Source of the DNA: the human T2T-CHM13v2.0 reference genome, Homo sapiens
DNA length: 64,000 nt
Assembly (NCBI RefSeq): GCF_009914755.1
Contig: NC_060937.1
Strand: one strand, 5' to 3'
The position numbers were made by a program, and so were the translations under genes. This document shows, one piece after another, positions 49,454-64,000 of this stretch. The notes beneath the pieces are model-generated. The model had not been told where the DNA came from. It saw nothing but the letters and a program-made list of their open reading frames with translations, and ran no database searches. The stretch's first letter is position 1. The number at the start of each line of letters is the position of its first letter.

Positions 49454-52400
49454 TATTGACATTTTTAGCCTCTGGAATTGGAAAGTGGATTCTGACAGCA
49501 AGGATGAAAGATGAGGAGAGAATGGCTGTTGGGAAGAAAACCACCAGACTCACCCACCCTGAGTAGCTTGGTGTCCTACTCACCTGTGTGCTCTGCAAAG
49601 TACAACGCCCAACTATGACTAGGCCATGCTCTTGAAGCCTGGGTAAGAGCCATCTAACATTACTCAGGAAGGCCTTTAGAGTCCGACCTCTGCCCCAACC
49701 CTAGCAAGGTTATTAAAGCCAGGGATATCAAAACTCCTTCCTTAGAGGAGTTTTACTCATCTTTATACCTTTACTGCTTCTCCACATGCACAGCAATTCT
49801 GCAGTCTGAGAATTATCTCATTTTTTCAGATATGGAAGCTGAGTAGCAGAGAATTTAAGTGACTCACTCAGAGTCAGATAACTACTAAATGGTAGATCAA
49901 TATTTGAACCCAGGGCTCTCTGGTTCCAATGTCCTTGCTGTCACTGAAAGCAGAACAAAGACCCAAAAGAAAAAGCAAAGAAGACAGACTAGGCTTAAAT
50001 TTTAGCAGAAGAGTAAATATCTTCTTGGTCCTTTAGTAACTTAAAACCATTACAAGTTTCTACAGAGGAATGTAATTTCTGTCCTTGGTTATCTGGAAAA
50101 GATAAAACAGAGCCGTGCTTTCAGTACTTGGCCGAGGACATGGGGGCATTTTAAAGTGTTGGAATGATTGAACACAAGCCATGCTGCTGAGTCCTGGACA
50201 CCCAACCCTTTAAATGAGGCCTGGGGAGACATTTACTGAGGATCTGGCCCCTGCCCCAAGAAAGGGGGTCCCAGGCCAAAAAGCTGAGTAAACAGATATT
50301 TTTGCCACAGTGTGGTAAGTGCTATTATGGAACTATGAACAGGTCTGTGAGAGTGTGGGTGGGGGAGAGGGGCGGGGAGGGTGGACGGTAGAAAAACCCC
50401 TGACTGAGGTCATCCCTGTGTTCCAGGACAGTGCAGTCACTCATTGCAAAACAGGGACCCTGAGTCATGAGGAAAGAGCTAAAGTAAATTCAGTAGACAC
50501 CATTAAACAAGGCAGGGGATGGGAGATGTCTTGGAACGATTTCCTTCCAATATGGTTTACAGGAAAACATTTTAGCAATTCTGAATGTAAATTTCAGGGG
50601 TTTGTTTGTTTGTTTTTAAGCTTACTTTATGGAGCATTACACATGGCTTTATGAGGATTAGTTCTTACTTCATGTAATATAGTAAGTAATTTGCATACAC
50701 TATCTCATTTAAAGCTTAAAATAATCCTGTGAAGTTGATAGTTCTATTTTCCCACTCAAAAAAATTTTTTTTTATTTTCGGTGTGGAGTGGTAACTCATG
50801 CCTATAATTCCAGCACTATGGGAGGCCGTCAAGGAAAGATCGCTTGAGTCCAGGAGTTTGAACCAACTTGGGCACCATAGTGAGACCCCATCCCTATAAA
50901 AAATACTAAATAAAAAATTAAATTTTTTTCAAAAATTTTAGTTGCTTCCCCCAACACAGTGCACACTATTTTAGGTACAGCAATTGATCAGAGAGGCAAG
51001 ACAGCTTGTCCAGGGTCTGTCAGTTCTTCATTGGCAGAGTTGGAATCAGACCCTCCCTGTCATGAGGCCAAGGTGCCTTCTGAAAAATTCACTCCCAGCA
51101 AACACATGATTTCCTGGGAGAGGTGGTTATAGCTTAGTATACTGGATCCAGATAGAAAATAGGTGTTCTGTGCTCACAGTGGAAAAGCAACAAAAATGGT
51201 AATGAAGGTTGAATGATCATCAGTAGAAAGAAACTTTTTTTAAAAAATGGATAATGGACAATGCTCTATCCTCATATATTTCTGTAACAAAGAATTAAGG
51301 AATTCAAAGTTTTAAGGAGAAAAGTTTGTCACCCTGTATTTTCTATAGCTTGGGCAAATTGACAGACGTGCTACAAAATGGAAGCAGTTAAACAACATCC
51401 AATCCAGACCATTGCCACTCAGAGTTCCTCATCCCCTGGTTGCTTGTTAGAAATGCAGATTCTTGGGCCCCTTCCAGGCCTACTGAATCAATTGAACAGG
51501 AACCCCAGTTGATTTGCATGCACATTAAATCTGAGGGGCTTGCTGCTCTACATAGATACCTTTCTCTGCCATTGTTTCGTCCATTGCAGATAATGTCTTA
51601 CGAGTCTATGAAAATCAAACACATGAGCAGGTCATGTTGTGAGCTGCAGAAGACAAATTTGACAACAAAGCAACATTTGCTATCTTTTTTAACTGAGTTT
51701 AATTTTAACTTAATCTAGTAACTTCTTTTGAATAGGTTTTTGGGAGGATTTGTGGTCCTACAAGAGGAGAAGGAAGATAATGGGGAAAAAGAAGTCAGCA
51801 GGAAGGAAAAGGAGGGTATTTTCCCCAATGGCGCAGACCAATCATATGACACCCTTAATGTGTTATCAAATTTCTACAGGGGTCAGATGTGAAGCCCATT
51901 ACCTGACATGCCCGCTGGGTGGTCTGGACTTTGAACAATGGCTCCTCCCATCTGGAACCCTCTGCTATTTTGCAAACGTTTCAATGGCTCTGCTGAAAGC
52001 CAGGAAACAACAGCTGGTGAATAATCTCATTTTATATTAATAGAGCAGCACTGACCTATCCAGGTCCCTTAATACTTCACGAAACAGAACATCCTTTCTT
52101 TCCCAGGGCAAGGAAGGGAAGTCTCAGCCATACCACATTACAGCATGAGTAGGGGCCCTGAAGAAGAATGAACAGAAAGAGTTTTTTCTTGCAAACCCAC
52201 CTCACTGGACTTTTTCAGATGAGGATTAAGTTAAGCTAAAGGAGATGGAAGAGAATATCTGCATTAAATCCCTGGACTTTACCTATGCAAAGAAATAACC
52301 AGAAAGTAAGAAGATTCTTGCCCCAGCCTTGCCTCTGTCTTCTGTATGTGCAGCTCTTTCTGTGAAATCAAGGTAGAGATGTCCAAGTTAAGTGACAATC

Positions 52401-53003
52401 TGAAAGATAAATATGGACTATTTTTAATACCAGGGCTAGCTGGTGGTTTAATGTTAGTGGAGTCAAATAAAACAGAATGTGACAACACCACCAGTTAATG
52501 AGTGTTTGTGTCTGTGCCGGTAGCATTTTTAACGCTGTAGAGAATTGCAAAGGAATAAGGTATAATCTGTGATTTCAAGGAACTTCATTTTGCTGGAGGA
52601 TTTCTTCAACACAAATGACTAGAAGCAAGGATGTAAAATATAAACTGAAAGATACATATCTTAGCCAATTATACCATCACTGACACATACAGAAAAGGAA
52701 GATTAAAATGTTTTGATTAAGCAACATTTCTAGAGATTCTGTCAAAACTTAAACAAACAAACAAAAAATCCTGGAAAACAGTAATCCTTTCTTTAACATT
52801 TACAAAAGTTCAATTGGGTATTCCTGCTCCAATTTTCTCAGTGTGGAATAGATGGAAAGTTGCTAGAAGGGAGTGGTTACATGCCACCAGAGTAAGCAAG
52901 CTGGACCAGGCATAGAAACTAGCTGATGAGAGGTAGGGAGAATGGCAGAAACTTCTTAAAACAGTAGTTCCTAACCTTTGCCTTTTGTCTGGGTCAAGGA
53001 CTC

Positions 53004-53416
53004 TGTGATGGTTAATTTTATGTCTCACTTTGGCTAAGTGATAGTGCCCAGATGTATATGGTCAAACCTTATTGTGGACATTTCTGTGAGGGTGTTTTTG
53101 GGTGAGACTAACTTTTCAATTGGTGGACTCTGAGTATAGCAGATGGCCCTCCCTGATATGGGTGGGTCTCATTGACTCCACTGAGGGCCTGAAAAGAACA
53201 AAAGACTGACTCCCCCTGAGCAAGAGGGGATTCTCTGGCCTGACGACCTTCAGACCTTAACTGAAGCCTTGGCTCCTCCTGGTCTCCAGCCTGCCAGCCC
53301 ACCCTGCAGGTTTGAGACTTGCCAGCCTCCACAGTCATGAGCCAATTCTTTAAAATAAATCTCTTTATAGACACATCCTATTAGTTCTGTTTCTCTGGAG
53401 AACACTGACTAACACA
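53004..53416 (+). mobile_element. Solo ERVL LTR (MLT2-type) inserted in a hAT-like MITE
   Basis: TGTGATGGTTAATTTTATGT start; ctgtttctctggagaacactgactaacaca end; near-identical 5-bp flanks GACTC / GACCC. Confidence 0.85.
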
Positions 53417-54283
53417 GACCCTTTTGTGAGTTTTTAGAAGGAATATTTATTGAATGTCTTCTATGTGCCTAATTATGGACTCTGATCCCAGAAAATTGCA
53501 CATGAACACAAAATTTTACTTACGGTTTCCAGGGAATCACCAAACCCTTGAAGCACATCCATGGACTCCCTCCCTTCATTTAAAAACTCCTGGGCCTCCA
53601 GCCTTTTATATAAAGGAGACGTGGCTGAATATTTCCCCATCCAAATATTCCTGCTCTGAAAGCAGTTACCACCTGGTGGGTGAAGTAAGGAGTCTACCTG
53701 CCCACAGCTACAAAAGGACCAGGAAGGCGTCCGGCCACATAACTCTCTCTCCCTCACCTCTCTGGGAGGCCAGGAATTTCTACGTTAGCATCAGCACTCT
53801 GGGGTGGACGTTTGTTCACTTAACTAGAATAAGGCATTGTTACTACCCATGGTATGGCTGAGCCTAGCTGGTTGTTCTTAAGCTTAAACATCAGCACTGC
53901 CTTCCTTGACATTCTCCTTATCTCCTCGTCCTTGCTGATGGACTGTGAGTGAAGGTGATGTGTGTCACCTCCAGTCAGAGGCCATGCAGATGGGGATGCC
54001 TTTCATGACCTTTCCCCGCTTTCACCAGACTCAGTGAAGGACTTCTCTGAGGTATTGACAGAGGCCTCAGATGGCCAAGGGGCCAGATCCTCTTTCTCCT
54101 GCACTCCACACTGGATTGTGACACAAGCAAAAGATCATCCTTTATTTATGTTACTTATGTTAAATGACTGAGATCTGGACCTTGTTTGTTAGCTTATCCT
54201 GACTAATGCATACAGGAATTTTACCATTATGAGAAAGACAGTAAAAATATTAGACAAATACCAACTTAAAAATTCTAATATGA

Positions 54284-54630
<347 letters not shown>

Positions 54631-55061
54631 CTAAAGCCTGGGTCCTGAGGAAGTAGCTATGTTTAGGACTAAGAACTCCAAACTCAGAGACCGCAGGAGA
54701 AGACTAGGCTTCTGCTGGAGGCAGTCATGCTGCACAAGTCCAGGAGGCTCCATTCACCCAGATTCTGTAGTTCCCTGGAGTTGTACAGTGCACTGCCTGC
54801 ACAACTGTACAAAGTAGCCCTGCTACTGGTAGTGGCAAAGCAGCACAAAAGAGGCAGGAAGAAATAAAAGAGAGAGAGGAAGGGTGACATGGGAGCCTGC
54901 TATGCCTCTCTCATGACCTCATCACCCAGTCAAGTGCTGGCCCTGCTCATTGCGGAGATACCTGAAAAGTCCACCCACACCTCAGCTAATCAGATTCTAG
55001 GACCAGCCTTGGTTTGGGGGCCTTTTTGTCTATGAAAAGAAGCATATCTCCCCTGAACTAG

Positions 55062-57590
<2,529 letters not shown>

Positions 57591-57740
57591 GTCACAGAGC
57601 TGGCCACCTCCCTACCTAGGAGCCCTCTCCCTCAGGTCCCTCACATCTTCATTTGATCCTACTTTTTTTCCCCAATCCTTGACTGTCCCAGCTTTTCCAC
57701 AAGGGAACAAAAGATTAATAGCTAAAGGAAACTCATGATA

Positions 57741-58401
<661 letters not shown>

Positions 58402-58491
58402 TAACTGAAAACAGTTATCACCTTGATACAGGTGAAGATTGAGACAAATCTCTTCTTTAGTGGAACGTGTCTAATTCCCTCACATGAATAG

Positions 58492-58890
<399 letters not shown>

Positions 58891-60471
58891 TGAAGTTTTA
58901 TATATAATACAAGGAGAGCGCATCCTTTCTCTACAGGTGTCTTTTGCACTCTGGTAATCAAACAGTTGTTTGATTGTATGGTTTCTCATCAAGCATTTTT
59001 ACCCTTCAAGTTTTATCTATAAGTCTAGTGTAAGACTGGGGGATATTTCTAAGTTGTGGTTTGATGAGTCCCTGACTTCAAACCCAACTGGTACATCACA
59101 AAATAACAATGCTCTGTAGTCACCAAAATCTTTAGATCTACCTGAATGGATGTGGACCTATCTCCTAGATAGATTAGGTGGAAAACAGTATTTATTACAT
59201 TATCATTTGTGTAAAAGGGAAAAAGAGCTTGAATATGCACAGAACATGTTTGAATCTATAACAGATTGGTATAGAGATAGAAAGGAGACTCACATTTCAC
59301 CATATACCTTTTGGTTGTAGTTTTGGCATTTTAATAATGTGCACGAATCATCTATTCAAAAAATTTATTTTAAAAAACCTGAAGAAAGCACTTTAGTAGA
59401 GAATCAATACTGTCTGATTGATTGATTGATCGGCCTCAGCTTTCCAAGGAGTTATTGTAGATGGAAAGTGAAGAAGGGTATGCTTTTACAAGAGTATATT
59501 TATGTCTTAGGGAAGGCTTGAAAGCCAGAGGGGATGACGATAAAGAGAGTTTGAACAGATACCCAGAAACAACTGCACTTGAAAGAACTTGTGAAATGCT
59601 TAAGTTCTCTGACACTTAGAGAATTATACCCTAGCTGTGATACCATTATGAGATGTGAGAGTGTGCTTGTTTAGAAAGCACCGGAACTTGACTTCAGGTT
59701 CTGGAGCCAGCCAAAGAGTCTCCTCTCTCTGTCTGGAAGGGTTGTGTCAAATTCATGCACATTCTCAACAATGACTGTCTTTTTCTAATGGGGGATGGGG
59801 AGAAAGGGCAAATATTCAAAGCCAGGCAAAGGTGGGGGCGGAGTCAGGAGGCTTTTGGACTTTGACACCTTATCTCTGTTTTTGCCATCTTACTGGGGAG
59901 TGGGGAACAGAGAAGAGCTTGGTTTATTCTCAGGGAAATGTCTGGAGACTGCCCCATGGCCTCAGGTCACCCTGAATTTAGGATTTAGTTCTAATAAAAT
60001 TTTATTCTGGGATGCAACCTCCCTCTAGTTGTTAAGACTTCTGGTTGTCCAGTCTAGAATCCATATGAAAGCCAAGCTTACCATATTAAAGCCAAGCTTA
60101 CCAATGACTTCCAATAAAAAGAGCTTAGAATGGAAGAAAAGAGATAAAGAGAAAAAGAGAAAGATGATCTTTAGTTAAAGCCAAATCACTGATCACTTAT
60201 GGCAGGCCCTTCACTTTATCTCTCCTTTCATCCACCTTCCCTATCAACAGCACTTCTAGTGAGGTGGCATTTTGGAGTGGGAAAGACCTAGGTTTGAATC
60301 CCAGCTCTGCCATATTAGTGGAATAACCTCGGGCAAATTACATAAATGCTCTGAACCAATGTCCTCTTTGGTAATGTGGGACACTGATGGCTACTTTAGT
60401 CTTAAGTTAGGATCAAGTGAGAGCATTTATACAATACAATAAGCATTTTTTGAGTGCCTATCATGTGATAG

Positions 60472-61013
60472 TGAGATAGAAGACCAGCAGAACTTGCTTT
60501 CTGGTCACAATCCCGCTGACCAAAACAGAATCTAGTCCAGACAAGATAAAGTGAAGAGCCTGGCCAAAACCAGCAGATGGTGACAAAAGCAATCCCTAGC
60601 TGCCCTCATTGCTCATTAGCATAAGACACTCCCACCAGTGCCGTGACAAGTTACAAATGCCATGCCAACAACCCCGAAGTTACCACCCTTTTCTCTGGCA
60701 ATGCCCCAGAAGTCACTGACTCTTTCCTAGAAAGCTTTAAATAACCCACCCCTCAATTTGCATTAACCCTCCCCTTAATTTTTCAAATAGTTGAAAGTGA
60801 ATATAAGTGAGTATAAGTACAGTTGCTGACAGCCCATACCTTGCTGATTCTAGGCGCACTGCCTGTGAGTTAGCCCTGCTCCACAAGAAGCAGTACTGTT
60901 CAGGAAAAGGTTGCTGTCTAAAACCACTGGCTTGCCCTTGAATTCTTTCCTGGGCAAAGCCAAGAACCCTTCTGGGCTAAGCCTCAATCTTGGGGCTCAC
61001 CTGTTCTGCATCA
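60472..61013 (+). mobile_element. ERV1 5' LTR (LTR9/MER61-like, HUERS-P3 group)
   Basis: TGAGATAG start; actcccaccagtgccgtgac...acaaatgccatg block; U5 end gcccttgaattctttcctgggcaaagccaagaaccc...ctgcaTCA, immediately followed by a PBS. Confidence 0.8.
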
Positions 61014-61015
61014 TC

Positions 61016-61033
61016 TGGTGGCCACAAAGGGAT
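61016..61033 (+). other. Retroviral primer-binding site, tRNA-Arg-like
   Basis: TGGTGGCCACAAAGGGAT versus TGGCGACCACGAAGGGAT (complement of the tRNA-Arg(TCG) 3' end as I recall it): 15/18 matches, two differences being CpG decay. Confidence 0.65.
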
Positions 61034-62338
61034 GAAGATAGTGAGTGGGAGGAAGTGACCAATGTGGCGTCGAGACAGCAGAAATGGCAGTCATCAGCGG
61101 CAAGATGGCAAGACAATAGCAATTAGCAAAGAGGCCAAATGATAAGAAATACTTGAGAGATGGAGAAATGGTGAGACAGCAAGATGGCAAGACAGTGACC
61201 AGTGAGATGGTGAGAGGCGGCAATCAGAGAGAGGTGGTGATGTGGCAGTCAGTCAGTGCTGTAAGGATCAAAGCTGCAGAGAGCTGGAACACTAACCAAA
61301 GGTTCTTTTCAGGACCATCATCTTTCCTGGCAGATGGTTGAGCTGAGTGGATAGGTGAGTAGCCATAGTGCAGGGATTCAAAGCTCTGGCTGGGAGGCTG
61401 CAGGATCACATGCCAATTCCCTCGCAGCAACCAAGCCTGCCCAAGCCGGGGAAACCTGGGGAGCAAACCTTCACCTGCACTGTACATCAGAGACCAGTTG
61501 GCCCTATTTTGGCTCCTGTGGACAGGTAAGTATCCCTTTTGACTCATCCCCCAAATATCAGGTGAGCCAGGAAAATAAGGCCTTTGGCTTAGACAGTCAA
61601 TTCAAAGTCCGCCATAGCATACCTAATTACATCCCTATTGCCCCTTTTCTAGGTCGTTTCTCCTCTAACACGATTTTATTTTTCTGTCAGCCATTTTATT
61701 TTATTTCTCACCTTGAAATATATGTTTTCTTTGCAGTTTTTGCTTTGGCTTCCTGCTAACTCTATTTGGGCAATTGTTTAAGGCTGAACACTTGGTTATG
61801 AGAGGTACCCTGTTGTGTTGACCCTGGGATGCCAGAGTCATGTTGTTCTGTGGCCCCAACTTGGTCTTTGGCCGCCCCCTGGATGCTCTGGGATTTTTGG
61901 CATTGGGTGTGGGGACTCTCATTGGCCACTACTCGGTTACTGTGGGTTTTCAGCATTTGGTATTGTTGGCCGCCCCAGGCACTCCCGGGTTTTTGGCATT
62001 GGCATTCACTAGGATTGTGGGGTAGGAGCCTACCTAAGGGGAATCTTGGTCTTGCCTTTTCTCATTTTCTACCCTAAAGTTATCGTTTCCCATAACAGCA
62101 TTTCCTTTTGTTATTGCCACTTTATTTACACTTTTCCCACTATAACTTGCTTAATGAAAATACTTCTTTTGTCACATTTCATTCACTTTATAAGCCACTT
62201 TCATAACACGTTGCTACCTATACTTACTCCTTCTCTGCAGGAAGTGGAAATTGGAAAGGAAAATAGAAAGGGCCCCGTTGCTTTCCCTCTCACTAGACTC
62301 AGAAGAACTTCTATGTCCAGTAGAAATCATCGTTAGAC

Positions 62339-63570
62339 ATGGAGACAATGATAAGCATACCTGAGGACTCACCGTTAGGATGCCTTTCAGGCTATTGGAG
62401 CAAATTCAATTTTGGCTTAAAGAAAAAGAAACTCATTTCCTATTGCAACACCACTTGGGTCCAATACAAATGAGAAGACCAAGACATTTAGCCTAAACAT
62501 GGTTCTATGCATTATAATGCTATTTTACAATTAACATTAAAAAGAAGGAAAATGGGACGAGGTCCCTTATGTACAGGCTTTTATGGCCCTTTACTGACTC
62601 AATGTTACTTCAAGGCACCAGGAAGCCACGCCTAAGGGATCCCCTCCTAGCTGCTTCTCTTAGAAGGCCTACTCCCTCCCCAGAGCCTCCTCAGTCTCCC
62701 AATTTGGAGGGGTTCCTGCCAGTTCTCTAACACAGGACTCCACCCAAGGTCATCAGGCACTCCTCCCTGTTATTCAGCTAGCCCCAGCCTAAACCCTCTG
62801 CTGTCGGAAAAAGTAGCCCAACCAGTATCCCTAGAAATGGGGCTCCATATCAGCCCCTGAAGTCAAAGCTGTGTCCATTGTGGGAGGTAGTTGATGGAGA
62901 TGGGGGGACACTTAGAATACACATGCCATTTTCTATGTCTGATTTGGCTCTATGCAAGGAAAAATTCTGCCAGTTTTCAGAGAATTCATTAAAGTTTATA
63001 GAAGAGTTTGTTAAATTGACCATGTTCTTTAGCTTGGTATGACTTGCAAGCATTGTTGCCCACTTGCTATGCCATAGAGAAAAAGCAGAGGAAAGTGTGT
63101 GGCTAAGCCTCTCAGTTATGAAAAGGTTAGAGATGTAATTCAGGGTAAAGATGAAAATCTCACTCTTTCTGGGTAGTTTGGTGGAGGAACTCAAGAAATA
63201 TACTAATACAGACTCAGACTGCCTGGAAGGGCAAGCTCTCCTGGGTAGGCATTTTATTATTCAATTTGCTCTGACATTAGGAGGAAGCTACACAAAGTAG
63301 CAGTGAGACCTCAATCCGCTATGAACCAAGCCTTAAACATGGCCTTTAAAATTTATAACAATAGAGACAGGGCAAAAATGGAAAAGACCAAAAGAAATAA
63401 CCAAAAAGAACAATTATTGGTGATGCTGTAAGCACCCTTCAACCTCAGGGTTACCCATCCCCAGAAAGTGTCTCGACATTGGTGTCTGGGATACCTAGAC
63501 AAGAGCCCCAACTTGCTAGCCCCCAGGACAGAATCAGTATGCCTACTATAAGCAAAAGGGTAATCAGCAA
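62339..63570 (+). pseudogene. Degenerate gammaretrovirus-like gag (MA-CA-NC remnants)
   Basis: Manual translation gives METMISIPEDSPLGCLSGYWSKFNFGLKKKKLISYCNTTWVQYK*, then EGKWDEVPYVQAFMAL, KLCPLWEVVDGDGGTLRIHMPFSMSDL, MHR-like IQGKDEN, DIRRKL, and a decayed zinc-knuckle remnant QYAYYKQKG. Multiple stops and frameshifts. Confidence 0.85.
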
Positions 63571-64000
63571 TAAGAATGTCTTAATCATCCCTCCTGAGAT
63601 GAAAAAGCTCCCTGTCCATGTTAGAACTAACCTTCTTCCACTAGCCCCAACAAGCTGCCTTGCTCAAGTAAGCCAGAGCTTTGAAACCCTGCGCTATGGC
63701 TGCTCATCTATCCACTCAGCTCCACCATCTGCCAGGAAAGATGATGGTCCTGAAAAGAACCTTTGGATCAAGTCCCGGACCCTTGATCCAATGGTTAGCT
63801 TCCCACAGTGGCAGACAAGTAGCCACCCAAACATTCTTCTTCCGTGTCTCTGCTGCTGGGTGACCTCTCTAGCAGCTCAGGGACTCTGAGGTCTCCCCTT
63901 TAGCAATGGGCTTTGCCCCTTCCTTTCCTTATTTGATGCTACAAGATCCCCTTCCCTGCCTCTTCCTGTCTTCCATACCTATTGGAGCAAACGATATTTG

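Larger units (their letters stand above)
61014..64000 (+). mobile_element. ERV1 internal region (leader plus decayed gag), truncated by the window end
   Basis: Follows the LTR and PBS; leader with short degenerate repeats and splice donors; gag remnants. Confidence 0.85.

Noticed and set aside
54781-54812. Inverted repeat TTGTACAGT...ACTGTACAA
   Set aside because: It resembles a decayed MER91-type MITE palindrome, so an ordinary repeat explains it.
60068-60103. Duplicated AAAGCCAAGCTTACCA
   Set aside because: A small local duplication with no sign of function.
63479-63889. 136-aa ORF after gag as a possible protease
   Set aside because: No D-T/S-G catalytic motif; the ORF includes the inverted leader copy and appears non-coding.

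Overview
Hominoid (human-like) genomic DNA. The left half (1-31315) is part of intron 1 of KPNA3 (importin alpha-4), transcribed on the minus strand. Coding exon 1 ([23 protein letters not shown], 31384-31316) lies in a CpG-island promoter with ZNF143/THAP11, E-box, HRE-like and GC-box motifs. The right half is upstream intergenic DNA. The window is dominated by interspersed repeats: a full-length older SVA, about 45 Alus, L1/L2/MIR remnants, several solo LTRs, DNA-transposon MITEs, and the 5' part of a degenerate ERV1 provirus (LTR9/MER61-like LTR, PBS, decayed gag) running off the right edge. The most notable observations are: (1) a perfectly homogeneous, quasi-palindromic 27-bp x ~28 tandem array about 7 kb upstream of KPNA3, bounded by a consensus minus-strand splice donor; (2) an Alu with an apparent 3' transduction inside a perfect 16-bp TSD; (3) a 96-bp inverted duplication bracketing gag in the ERV; (4) two nearby Alus of different subtype sharing a rare 10-bp insertion. 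I see no convincing novel multi-gene system. Repeat subfamily names come from recall of consensus sequences, not from a database search, and repeat boundaries are approximate unless TSDs are quoted.
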